A stretch of 64,000 nt of DNA from Botryllus schlosseri. Lineage: Eukaryota. A model generated the notes under the pieces. That model was not told the origin of the DNA and ran no database searches. It worked only from the letters and a program-made list of their open reading frames with translations. Below are positions 52,144 through 64,000 of the stretch, in pieces. The DNA is taken from the NCBI GenBank assembly GCA_051294905.1, contig CM119372.1, positions 5,086,001-5,150,000 of the forward strand. Reading direction: 5' to 3'. The first letter of the stretch is position 1. Every line of letters begins with the position of its first letter. The position numbers and the translations under genes were made by a program.

Positions 52144-55100
52144 ATGAAGTGGAGGTTAGTAAATAATTTGTGTTTTTGAAAATGTGAAATATATATCTAA
52201 ACTTGTCTCTTTTGTCCAGGGCGTTTATGATTTTACTTCAATCACTTATGTGGCATTTTGGAGATTCTCAGAACGGTAGAGTTGCAGTACAACAACGCGC
52301 GTAAACAGGATGATAACGATCCATGTATCCATATTCCAGATTGCACTGATATAAGTCCGAGAGTTTGCCAATCAATCAAGACATTTTGTGACCATCCACA
52401 ATACAAGGGGTACGCAAGGCGGAATTGCCCCGTCACATGCAAACAGTGTCCAGAAGGTAGTCTTCGTTGTTCTATGAAAGTAGCCTAATATATTCATAAC
52501 TATATAACGTGCTATGTTGCCAGACTTGGACCCGAACGGACTCTGTAAAGGCGACACCGTTTGTGACCAAGAGTGTAATGTCAAAGATAAAACGACTAAG
52601 TATTGCTCTTGCTATCGAGGGTACGAATTAGTTGGGACCGGAGAATGTCGCGGTAAGTTCATTAAAAGATCGCGTATCAGCTGGATACGTTATGTCATAT
52701 CAATGTTAACATTTCATCTATCATTACATACATCATAGTAGGCGATAATAGTATGGTGATTACATATTGATAGCTGAGGCATGTGTATATAGCTTCTTCG
52801 AAATATGGAAATGATAGACGGATAGCTCTCAATAACGCGTATAGGCACGCGGTTTGTTTCCATGGCTGCGTTTTCTGTATATTTCTGAATTTGTGATTGG
52901 GAGATTTTCACCGTGTTTGCAAATCTCTTGTTTTCGTGGGTAGCTGAATAATATGTGATGCGAACACTAAATATCGACTTTGGAACAAGTTTTGATTTGT
53001 GATAATTAAAGTTCCAAATCTTTGTTTTGAGTTGGATACTTTGTCCTATTCACACTGTGGGTTAATTTTGATATTTTAAAAGTATCTGAAACAGAACGGC
53101 TTTATACCTCAGCACCCTATAAATATTCGCAACAAAATCGTGATTGAGTCAGTCCGATCTTGTATAGTTAACCACTGCTGGCCCATGGACCGAGTGATTC
53201 CAGAGTCCGAAAGGGTCAGGCCAACGGCAGAGCGTAACTGTCCGACTCGAGAGTGAGAGGCATTATCTCAAACACATTCTTATTTTTTCTAAATCAATAG
53301 ACCAGGGGTGGGCAACTTCTCCGGTCGGCGGGCCTGATATGGGAAAATTAAGTACTTAGCGGGCCGGATTAATGGATACATATCCCTTATTTATCCACCC
53401 ATACAAGGAATAAATCGTATTTAATGTAAACTCTAAGTTGAAAGCATCGAGACCAAAAACGATATTTAATAAATTTATTAACCTAATGTACTTGAATAGC
53501 TGTTGAAGTCAATCTGACATCTATGGTCGATCAAAGTTGTCAACAAGTTATTTGAACTCTGGCTGCATGTTGGATGTACAAACTCTTAGTAAAGACTGCA
53601 TGTGAACATCCTTTATATTGGAACGCAGCCTTGTTGTGTTAATGTTCGTGGTCAAAAACATTTGCCCACAAATGTATGTAGACCAGAACAGAACAAATAG
53701 TTTCAAGACCATCTTTCTCAGGTTGGCAAACTTGGATTCATTCTGTGACCCATAGAATTTGTCATTACTTTCAGATTAGAATTTTAATTTCAGGGTAGAA
53801 ACTCTCTGCGGGCAGCTTAAAATCCCGTCATGGTCCGGAACCGGCCCGCGGGCCGTATGTTGCCCGCCCCTGCAATAGACGGTAGGCTACTAACACAAAC
53901 ACATCCATCTGCGAGACCAGTCAAACTTCCGACTGCTACGACATATCGATAGCTGGACAATGACTAGGCGTGTATTTTGCAATTTTGACATTGTGGATGC
54001 CGCATTGATTTTTCGCATTGGCGTTTTTAGGGAAATTTGCAGCCAGCAATACTGCGAAGTACAATTACGAAAATGCACCGCATATTTGTATCGGCAATCG
54101 GGTGAAAATCCACTTTCCGCGTCATTATATTCTGAGCAATCTATACCATTGATGAGCAAACGTCTAAAATGAAGCTTTTGAAGGCTTTAACCAAGAAATT
54201 TACATGAAAAACAATGAATGACTTTGCGACTTGCAACTTGCACGCTGTGCTAAGAACGAATGGTTTTTGATCGATGCTACTATAACAGCGATACAATTTG
54301 ATAAACAAATTATCTCCCATGTTGTACGCCAGAGGTATTCGGGGAATTTCACTGAGGTAGACTGCACCTTCCACTTGTAAGTTATAACGCAAATTTAACG
54401 ATCACGTACAGCTGGGAATATGCGATGGATATAATTAATCACGCATGAGAAGCAGCTGCGGCCCGCAGACCGATTCCACCCTAAAAGAGAAATTCTAACC
54501 TGAAACATGGCCAAATTGTTTGTGCGACTGAATGAATCCAAATTTGCCAACCTGAGAAGGATGAACTTGAAACTACTTGTTCTGATCGGGTCTACATACA
54601 TTCTCGAGCAAATATTGTCGATCATGAACATTGACAACACAAAGCTGCGTCCCAATCTAACTGATATCTACGTGCAGTATTTACTAAGGGTTTCTACGTC
54701 CGGCACGGAGTCGGCGTTAAAAGAATTTGCAGGCAAACAGTTGTCTCATTGACTTCAACAGTTGTTGCGGTATTCATAGTGTTTGTCGACTACTATAGTC
54801 ATTTACACCGGGCCGATGTTCTTCATTTTTTCCGTAACTGCCGACTCAGAGCATGGCCCACTTCTAGGCTTTTTGTAGGACACCGCTTACGCGGATGAGG
54901 TGAAGGAGGAGCCTAGATAAACCTCCAATACTTAGGTATAGGAATTCTGAAGTCGACCTCGGTCGAACTCGAACCAGCACCCATTGGTGTTGCAGCCGCG
55001 GATTATACCACTGCGCTATCTCGCGACACAAGTACGTTGCGTTAAATATTCATTAAATACTATTTTTGGTCTCGATGCTTTAAACTTTAAGTTCACAATG

Positions 55101-58100
55101 AATGCGATTTGTTCCTTGTATAGGTGGATAAATAGGCTACGCGATTTATATATCGATTCAGGGATCCGGCCCGCCAACTACTTCATTTTCCCATATCCGG
55201 CCCGCCGACTGGAAAATTTGCCCGCCCCTATTTTAGAATATATCGGCTGCTGCAAGTAGCCTACATCCGTATATTACAAAACAAACAGAAAATTAGCGTT
55301 TAATTTCCGAAAACCCACAATAATACATTTAGTATGCTTTGAACTTGCAATGGTTATTTTAGATGTCGACGAATGCAAACTGCCTATACCGGCATGTAGT
55401 ACAGAGAAATTTTGCGTCAACGCGCCGGGAGGCTTCGTATGTGAAAGCGTGCAGTGTAAAGAAGACCCCACCGCAATACCATACATGGGCCGACCAGAAT
55501 GCTGCAGGAAAGAGCCCGGTAAGTAGATTTTCCGGTTAAATCGATTCACCGATTCGATGTATGTAAATTTCGAACGCCGTCTTTCGATTTGGAGTCATAA
55601 TTTCACATCGCTGCTTATCTCGCCAGCTAATGCCCCTTGCGGAATAATTCGAGCAAAACCGGAGCGACGAATTGTTGGAGGAAATGACTCTTACGCCGGA
55701 CAGTGGCCGTGGCAGGTGGGTAAATTTGGTCGTGAAATGTTATGAATTGCACAAATATTTTTTCTTAATTTTCCGTAAAGATATTGATGTACACCAACCG
55801 AGCTGTAATTTGCGGAGGAACATTGCTCAGCAACAATTGGGTTCTAACGGCAGCCCATTGTTTCAGGTTGGTCCATATTTCATTTCGACAGGCCTATGCG
55901 TATAATTGTCTTATTGTCTTGATGCTGCAGTGATCATTTGTCGAATACGGTGGTGGAATTGCACACCGGGGTCCTCGAATTGGATCAGTTGCATTTGGCA
56001 CGAGTTCAGACCAGAAAACCGAAGAGGGTAAGTTAATCCCTTCTATTTTGGTTTGTTTGGCATTGTAATGTCAACACGAAATTCCAGCCAAAAATATCGG
56101 TTCCACAGTATTTCATAAATGATAGAGTGATGTCATCCGATGATACAACGTCCAGGTTATTCAATTGGCATCTTGGTTGCATGAGGGGATGATTGGTGCA
56201 ACGAATACGAAGTCATTTCGTACCATGATTCAAAGGCCCATTATATAGTTCAGATTGTCGAACAACTTCACGCGGACTTTACATCACAAATGTAGTAAAA
56301 TCTGTGACATGATATTGCGAATGGCAGTAAGGTACGAATGAGATCTTAAAATATACCATAACAAAGTGTAGGTCAGCGGTTCTTAACCTTATTTCCTACA
56401 GCGCCCCTTTTCGAGAATTATCTAGGTCTGGCGCCCGCCCCCCATATTTTAAGGACGGTAGTAAAAAACAAGGGTTTGAAGTAATGTCGATCTATTCGGC
56501 TAGGGACTTCACTATTGGGAATAGCTTGAAACGCGATCGAGGACCGCCTAATATAGGCCTAATAATTGTATAATGTACATGCTATATTCGGGATCACATC
56601 AAGGTTAGTATAACCAGAGGTGGCCAAAGTATTCGACAAAGCTACTCAAGTAGAAGCAGAAGTAGCGACGAAAAAATCTACTCAAGTACGAGTAGAAGTA
56701 CTTCTTAAATAAGTCACCTAAAACTACTTGAAGTAGTAGAATTGACTGACTTTAAATCTACTCAAGTAAGTAAGTAGTTTTGAAAACAGTCTTAATTCGT
56801 TCTCATGGACTGTCAAAAGCTGCAAATTTAGCCATGCGGAAGGTGCAGAGAGTTTGATTTGTATTGATGCATTCCAGGACGTATCAATTTTCGACAGAAT
56901 AAGCATTCTTTTGCATCATGGGATGCAAATTATAGTCTTGATATGGAAATGCGATACTAACCCTTTGTTTACTAGAAGACCCCGTTTTAGAGAATATCAT
57001 GGCATGGCGCCCTACCGCATATTATAAAGCCCCAAGTTTCGGCGGATACGGATTCAACAATTTGCGCGATTAGTATACGTTAATAACAAATATTGTAGAT
57101 CGTTAAAGTTATATTTAGTGTAGTTTTATTTTCGGAAAATAGAGGCATTGCTACGCTTGTTTTTATGCTTCAACATGTATGTTCTGCAGACAAAAGAACT
57201 GAAAGTAAATAGAACTCAAAGTATGATACTCGGAATATAAGTGAAATACAAATACCACTTGTTAAAAGCGGAAAATGTATTTCATGTCTTTTGTCCATAA
57301 AGCTTCAGAGGTGATCTGCTAAAATAGGTGTAACGCTAAAAAACGCCGGATTTTCTAGATTAGCAGGACCCGTCATGGGCTGCTAGATTACGAAATGGTA
57401 AGTAATTGCTAGATTGCGAAAGGGTAATTTCAAACGTTATGGTAGGCCATATTTACTGTGATGAAATATTTGACATGGGCGACAATGCGGTGTGAGCGGA
57501 ACCAAGCAATCCGGTACCTAAATTATATTCACTAATACTTTCGTGAAAATATATTTGTCGCTCCATAACTACTGTGCGCGAAGCGCAACAATATTTCTGG
57601 GCTTTAATCGACTTTTATGAATATTAAATGTTGGTATTCCGTGAAAACAGCCCCGAAATTCCTCAGGCTATCTTTCGTATTGGAGAATTAAACTACTTCA
57701 ACTTGACAAACTGAAAATAGCGAAAATTAAGTAAGTAGATCACAAAATACTACGAAGTAGAAGTAGAGAAAATCAGATCTACTTGAGTAAGTACCAGAAG
57801 TAGAGGAAAACTACTTGAGTACTTCCAAAAAGTAGAAGTACTTCGTTACTGACCACCTCTGAGTATAACAACCATCGGGTACGAACTCATAACATCTGGC
57901 TCGAGTCCGGTTTACACATCCCGAATTCACCTCTGCGATTGGCAATACGGGGACGTTAATTGTATTGGGGTTTGTTTCATTGCTTTCTGTGACCAGTAAA
58001 TCAACTTGGATAGTGGTAGAGATCTTGGCTCACATTGAATTTAGTACTGCTGCACCCAGTTATTAACTTTAACATGAATGTATTCCAAACAAAGCAACCC

Positions 58101-61100
58101 ATTTCATACAACATTCATGTCAGGTGGCGGGTCATATGACGAGACAGTATCATCCTTTGTGATACCATGAATAAATATTCTGAAGATATAAATCACTTTC
58201 AAAAGTGGTACAATGCCGCTTTCTTTAATTTCGAGATGCTGTGAGCTGCAGGTTAAAATACCTAGGCCTATAGTTCGAAACATATTGAGGAAAATAACCC
58301 GAGCTAGCGTCGCGGAACTGTTCAACGGAGAATTAGCGATCTAAAGGTACGCGCAATTCATTTTACATGAATTTTAATAAACCACTACATTCATGGAAAC
58401 AAGTTGCAATCATTGTCGGATGTCGGTGTATATTTCGCGCCCAGCGCGATGAAAAATCTCGAGTTTTGACAGATTATGTCGAATGTTAATTTTCAATGAG
58501 AACTCAGGGACATATAGAACTGTTGTTCTTATATAATCATATTTCCTTACTTCACCCTCTACTGCGCAGCCGTTTTTCGTCATCGACCCCATGCCGCCCC
58601 ACTGAGCCCAGCGCTCCCCATATCGCCCCTGAGCGTTTCCGCCCCTTCAAAATCTAAATCGCCCGTCGGGGGCGACGAGGTGAAGAAGCACTGGTGTAGG
58701 ACATGTAAGGACCAGTCCATTTATTTTCAGTTCATCACATATCCCGGATGGGACAAGAACAAGTTTCAAATCAATGATATCGCTCTGGTAGAGTTAGATA
58801 CACCGGTAACTTTCAATGACTATACAAGGCCTGTGTGTTTACCAAATGGAGAAAAAGTCAAAACTGGAACAACGTGTTTCGCTGCTGGTTGGGGGTTAAC
58901 CGGTACGACAACATTGTTTCAAATGCGATCAAATTATCGTACTACATTACTATATCATTTTTAGATCAAGACGGAGTGCAGCCCTCTACGATTCTGCAGC
59001 ATGTGGCTTTGCCAATTGTCGATCGGGATAAGTGCGAAGAGAGTTACAAAAACAATAGGTTGAAAGTGAATAAGACCATCATGACGTGCGCGGGATACGA
59101 CGAAGGTGGCAGAGACGCTTGCAGAGGTATGCTGTCAACACAAGCGCATCACACTGGAACTCTCCGACAAAAACCATTCACTGATTTGCAGGAGATTCTG
59201 GCGGCCCCTTAGTATGCCAACGTTGTGACAGCTGCAGCTGGTTCATCGCAGGCGTCGTCTCGTTTGGAAGCGGGTGCGCGCAGGCCGGGAAATACGGAGT
59301 GTACACTGATGTAATTTACTATGAAGATTGGATTGCGACCGAAACCGGAATTCACTTATCGAAGGACAACACATGTTCAGGACCACGTAAGTTTAATGGT
59401 TGTTAACTATATGTAGCAGCCTGTGTGAAGCTAAAGCTTGCATTCGCAGAATTTACAAATTGGGGTGAGTGGTCCCAATGCCCAATGACCTGCGGAACCA
59501 AGGGTATTAAGAGGAGAATTAGGCATTGTCTCGACAAGGGTCGAGATAGCACTGCGTGCGTTGGATTATTGAAGGATCAAAAGCAATGTCCCGAAAATCC
59601 ATGTCCAAGTATGGTATTATATGTAACGGCGAGACGGCATCATCATTATTGTCACAACGTGATATTCAGGATTCAGCTCTTGGACCGATTGGACGCCCTG
59701 CTCAAAGAAGTGTGGCTCGGGATTTCAAAGTAGAGTAAGAGAATGTGTTCACGGAGAGCTTGGAGTCAAGGAGTGCCCAGTATCAGGATCTTCGCAGCGT
59801 AGAGTAAGTTGATAGCAGCACTCGACTTGATGCAATGCTTTGCCGCAACGCTCACAGAACAATTATCGCCGGGATTTTGTTCAGAGATGCAATACAATAC
59901 CATGTGCAAAATGGGGAAATTGGAACATCTGGGACCAGTGCTCGCAAACTTGTGATGGCGGAAAGAGGAAGCGATCGCGTAGCTGCATGAATACGTCACC
60001 AGATCAGCAATGCGTTGGCAAGTCCGAAGAGGAGGAATCCTGCAATACTGCAGATTGTCCACGTAAGGCTTCCGTATATTTTCCTAACATAAGGATATAT
60101 AAATACGGTTTTATTGGGTAACAGATTGGTCGAAGTGGTCAAATGAGGGTCCATGCTCAAAAACATGCGGTGGGGGCATGCAACGTCAGGGTAGGAGTTG
60201 CATTGGTGGTGACTCGTGCACAGGAGCTGGTCAACGCAATCAGGTAGTGATTTTGTTATGTCATATGGTAAAGTATAGCTGGATGTTATTGTAAACGTTC
60301 CACAGCAATGCAACCAGCAGCCATGCCCGGTGTTTGGTAAATGGGGTGGTTGGGGGCCATGCGATGTCACATGCGCCGGCGGAACCCAGCAACGAACCAG
60401 AGACTGTGAAAATGGCAAGCTTGGCGAAGTTGGATGCGCAAAAGGCGACGAATCGGAAGCTAGGGTAAGTTGTTTAATTGAAGGAAAATTCACCCGAAGT
60501 TTGCAGCTAACTTCTTATCTTATGCTAGGCATGCAACACGGAAAAATGTCCTAGATTTACAAATTGGGGCCCATGGGGAAAATGTTCAAAAACGTGCGGC
60601 TCGGGTAGCCAAGAATCAACAAGAACATGCCAGCACGGTAAAGTTGGTCAAGCTGGGTGCATAGGAACTGTGTCCAGAACAAGAACTTGCTCCACTAACG
60701 AATGCATTGGTATGTATGTTTTAAAAATACTGTCCTAAGAACATTAATTCAATGCTCATTTCAACCATAGGTAAATACAGCCCTTGGACCCAGTGGTCAC
60801 CGTGCTCCAACACTTGCGGTAGTGGTAAGAGGACAAGAAGTCGTACATGTGAAGGCGGTACCCGGTGCGTTGGAAAAAGCAGCCAGCAGGGAGACTGTAA
60901 TGACAGAAAATGCCCAGGTATAATAATACTTACGTTTTACTTCCACGTCCAATAATATACACGACGCGCCGACGTCGATATGGTCGTTTTTGCACTCATC
61001 CAACTCCTTGTTCACCTAAGTATTCAGCGATTGGACTCCATGGGAGCCGTGTACGAAAACATGCGGAGGCGGTTCAAAAACTCGTTCCAGAACGTGTCTG

Positions 61101-63112
61101 CACGCCCAAAACCCACGAGAATGCGTAGGAGTTGCCTCTCAAACAAGGTTGTGCAATGAGCAAATATGCCCCGGCAAATGGAGCACTTGGACAGTCTGGT
61201 CACCGTGCAGTGTGACATGTGGAAAGGGTACAAAAAAGAGAACTCGTAATTGCCAGGTATTTTTCGCAATCGAAGTTTTGTATATCGTTTTTATTTCATA
61301 ATGTTTGACAGGGTGGTGCGGTAGGCCAACCGGGCTGTGATGATGGACCAGACGAAGTTACGGAAACCTGCACGGAAAATCCGTGTCCTTCCCAGTGGGC
61401 GGACTGGCAGCAGTGGCAGGGATGCTCGCAAAGTAATGTATTTGTAATTAAACCGCGTTTTGAATCTTTTCATATGAGATTTCCAATTCCAGCATGCGGG
61501 AAGGGCGTGCGACTTCGTGAAAGGTCATGCAGCGGTACCGAAATTGGCCAAGGGGGATGTGTCCCGTTTTCCGCTCACGTGGAAGATGAATCGTGCAATG
61601 AGCAAGACTGCGAAGGTCTGATACATAAATAAACAATTGCATATACCACAACTTGGTTTTTTGTACGAAGTATTTACTCAACAGATTGCCTCGACTTCGT
61701 CCCAGAGTATTGTGCAACTCAATTCAGCGATCCAGCAACATGCGATCAATATCCAGATTTCGTTGCTCGCTATTGCAGAAAAACTTGCAAAGTATGTACA
61801 GGTGAGCGTTCCTTGACTAATTTATTTGTAGTATGTTAGTCCATTCTTTTTTTATTCTCTATATAAAGGTACTTTCGAGGATTGGGGCGAGTGGAGTGCA
61901 TGTACGCCGGAATGCGGTCGCGGTACTAAAAGTCGAACTCGCAGTTGTGCGTTTAAATCATGTCATGGTCAAGATACAGACGAGCGGGTTTGCCAGACGT
62001 CATGTCGCGGTATGCAAAATTATACTAACCTATAAAAGACAATAATATCCAAACAATTTTTCTGTCGTTAGGATTCACTACTTGGTCTGAGTGGGGTCTT
62101 TGTTCCGATACATGCGATGGCGGGTCGCAAACTCGAAATAGGAATTGCCCTTTCGATTCTTGCGATCCAGACGCTGACGGAGACGACGTTGAACAGGCAC
62201 GCTCTTGTAATACTCAGTTATGCCCGGGAGAGTGGGGTCCTTGGGGAAAATGGAGTTCGTGCACTGGGACGTGCGGAGACAGCAGCACTTCAGAAAGAAA
62301 CCGAGTTTGCCGGGGAGAATCCGAGGGAAGAACATGCGCCGGCCGTAAGAGACAAGAAAAAGCATGTCCCGCATTACCGCCATGCCCTGGAATATGGGGC
62401 GATTGGACCCAATGGTCTAAGTGTACGTTGACATGCGGGGGCGGAACGAGGAGCAGATCCAGAACTTGCGAAAACGGAGTGGTCGGACAAGTCGGATGTA
62501 TCGGAGATACAAGTCAGAGTCAGCCTTGTAACGTTAAAATATGCCCTACTTCTTGGGGGCAATGGCAGGAGTGGGGAGAGTGTGACGGTGACTGCCAGCA
62601 ATCACGTTCTAGGTAAAACTCGCAAAATGGATAGCATGGATATGAGAAACCTAAGTCGGGCTTAATTTTCGTTTCAGGGTATGCACTGGCGGGAACGCGC
62701 GGAATCGAGTATGCCCCGGTTCTTCATCAGAGACCAGAGACTGCGAGAATTGCAATGGTATAAGTTTAACGAGCCTCTTCAGATTATCTAGTAACCCTCA
62801 TCTATCTCGTTTCTTTAGTTGGCGATAAGTGCGAAGGAATCTTTGACGAAGTCAATTGGTGTAGGGCTATTGATCCAGTACTGTGCTTCACACCGCCTAA
62901 TGGGCAGTACTGCCAGCGCTATTGCTGTGAAAGTGAGTCAGTAATTGATCCGTAAAACAACAATATATCTAAATTGCAATATATTCCTAGACTGCCAGAA
63001 CAACCCCGCTTATCAGTATTGCCTCGAACAATACCGAGAGTTTTGCGCCAGTGATACCCCCACTGGGGAAGCGTTCCGAAACAATTGCCGGGAATTCTGT
63101 GGACTGTGTTAG
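52144..63112 (+). CDS. Secreted mosaic trypsin-like (S1A) serine protease: SP-ShKT-EGF-EGF(Ca)-trypsin-TSP1x10-ShKT-TSP1x5-ShK-like-ShKT; 27 exons, ~1313 aa
   Basis: Exons: 52144-52154, 52220-52275, 52340-52456, 52524-52652, 55363-55518, 55627-55715, 55781-55866, 55931-56027, 58731-58902, 58965-59126, 59192-59386, 59450-59608, 59670-59803, 59885-60062, 60125-60243, 60306-60464, 60529-60709, 60771-60917, 61021-61256, 61312-61432, 61493-61615, 61685-61801, 61869-62009, 62072-62612, 62678-62757, 62819-62932, 62991-63112 (TAG); 3942 nt in frame. Motifs: RR-IVGG, WPWQ, TAAHC, NDIAL, DACRGDSGGP (S1 Asp), repeated WxxWxxCSxTCG.G...R.R.C, and C..TC..C ShK ends. Confidence 0.92.
53303..53872 (-). mobile_element. 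hAT (Buster/SPIN-like) deletion derivative with a transposase C-terminal remnant
   Basis: TIRs caggggtgggcaac/gttgcccgcccctg and TSD caatagac. The minus strand reads [43 protein letters not shown] with stops (hAT dimerization domain). Confidence 0.85.
54460..55230 (+). mobile_element. Second, oppositely oriented copy of the same hAT derivative, interrupted by a SINE
   Basis: ORF 54507-54752 reads [38 protein letters not shown]; right end ttgcccgccccta; left boundary uncertain. Confidence 0.75.
54805..55028 (-). mobile_element. tRNA-derived SINE
   Basis: The minus strand reads gcgagatagcgcagtggt (A box) ... ggttcgagttc (B box), then a non-tRNA body shared with 13338-13550. Confidence 0.8.
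56374..58693. mobile_element. Non-autonomous hAT hosting a nested 1.25-kb element
   Basis: Ends cagcggttctt/aagaagcactg; TSD gtgtaggt/gtgtagga. The right subterminus matches, inverted, the fragment at ~6630-6730. Confidence 0.72.
56615..57861. mobile_element. Full-length CAGAGGTGG/gtagaagta hAT-type element
   Basis: TIRs cagaggtgg/ccacctctg, perfect TSD agtataac, and ctactcaagta repeats. Confidence 0.88.
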
Positions 63113-64000
63113 TAGTTGAATTTTATAGTGATATAATGATTTTAATCGTTAATCATGTCTGAATCTTATCGTTCCTCTTCATCATTATGAATGTTATCTT
63201 ATTTGTTTTATGATGACGACTCGTTTGTTCATAATACTGTTATTGAGTGGTTCCGCTGTAGAGCTGATGCTGTCTTGTGATCTCGAAGTGAGCTGCTGCT
63301 GTGTTATCACATGAAAGAGCCCCTTTAAATAGCGCTACATGCATTGGACGAGTGGCTCTCAAACGCATGTGGACTGGTGCAGGTCCATATAAATTTTCCT
63401 GTCGGTTTGTCATATCTATTATAATTTAATATATCAATTCCAAAGTGCAAGAAGTTGGTCGCTTGTCCGTTAAATTAGAGAAATGAAAGTTAAAATTTTT
63501 CATTGATATAGAAATTTGGAATATATTTTTCTGCACGATGTCGAATTATGATCAATGTTTCATGGTTCATGGTCTAATTTGAATTAAGCGCTCATCATAA
63601 TGCTGCAAGTGCTGAACCAAACTGTCTCAAACTAGCCTACAACCCAATTAGGACCAGTGATGTGGGAATGCTAAGAATACTTTTTTAACGAAATAATTAA
63701 GTTTAAGGGCATTTCGCATTGCAGAAACTGCATCAATCTAATATCAAAATGCCGCATTAAGCGATACTAGGAATATTCTGCTTCTTCACAATTGCGAATA
63801 AAGTTGATGCATTTCTGTAAATAATGCGTATAGAAAAATATCGGGTGTGGCAATTACGGTCGCACTCTTTTCCTCCCTCTTCCCTGCCTGAGTATTACCC
63901 GCGCAAGTCAGACCTTTCCAGAGAAACCAATTTCAGACAAATCTTATCATGGCGTCAAACCAATTAATACAAATATATTAATAATGTAATACAAAGGCCG

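Noticed and set aside
54950..55028. Possible tRNA gene (also 13480-13550 and 15227-15300)
   Set aside because: A/B boxes are present, but there is no convincing cloverleaf or T-run terminator, and the head continues into a repeated SINE body.
59996..62431. Long antisense or alternate-frame ORFs (59996-60493, 62078-62383, 62117-62431)
   Set aside because: These are shadows of the TSP1-repeat exons.

Overview
Eukaryotic, intron-rich genomic DNA. The short ~55-75 nt introns, dense hAT-type MITEs, tRNA-SINEs and gene content suggest an invertebrate chordate such as an ascidian (inference only). I reconstructed four + strand protein-coding genes by hand, with splice phases consistent throughout. 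(1) The 3' part of a class I facilitative sugar transporter (GLUT1-4/SLC2A-like, 1-14080) with unusual substitutions at two sugar-binding positions. (2) A 16-exon, ~804-aa receptor tyrosine kinase (26146-37295). Its kinase carries STYK1/NOK signature motifs but, unlike vertebrate STYK1, it has a signal peptide, a large FN3-like/EGF ectodomain and intact GxGxxG and DFG motifs. (3) A single-coding-exon prepropeptide (45428-45808) predicted to release a 32-aa amidated PTH/PACAP-like class B GPCR ligand. (4) A 27-exon, ~1313-aa mosaic trypsin-like protease (52144-63112): SP-ShKT-EGF-EGF-trypsin-10xTSP1-ShKT-5xTSP1-ShK-like-ShKT. Non-coding DNA holds about 20 non-autonomous hAT-type elements with 8-bp TSDs, often nested. 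It also holds tRNA-derived SINEs, a Ty3/Gypsy 3' fragment with LTR, a CR1/L2-type LINE tail, a 571-bp tandem duplication and a perfect 71-bp fold-back hairpin. No prokaryotic features or CRISPR arrays were found.
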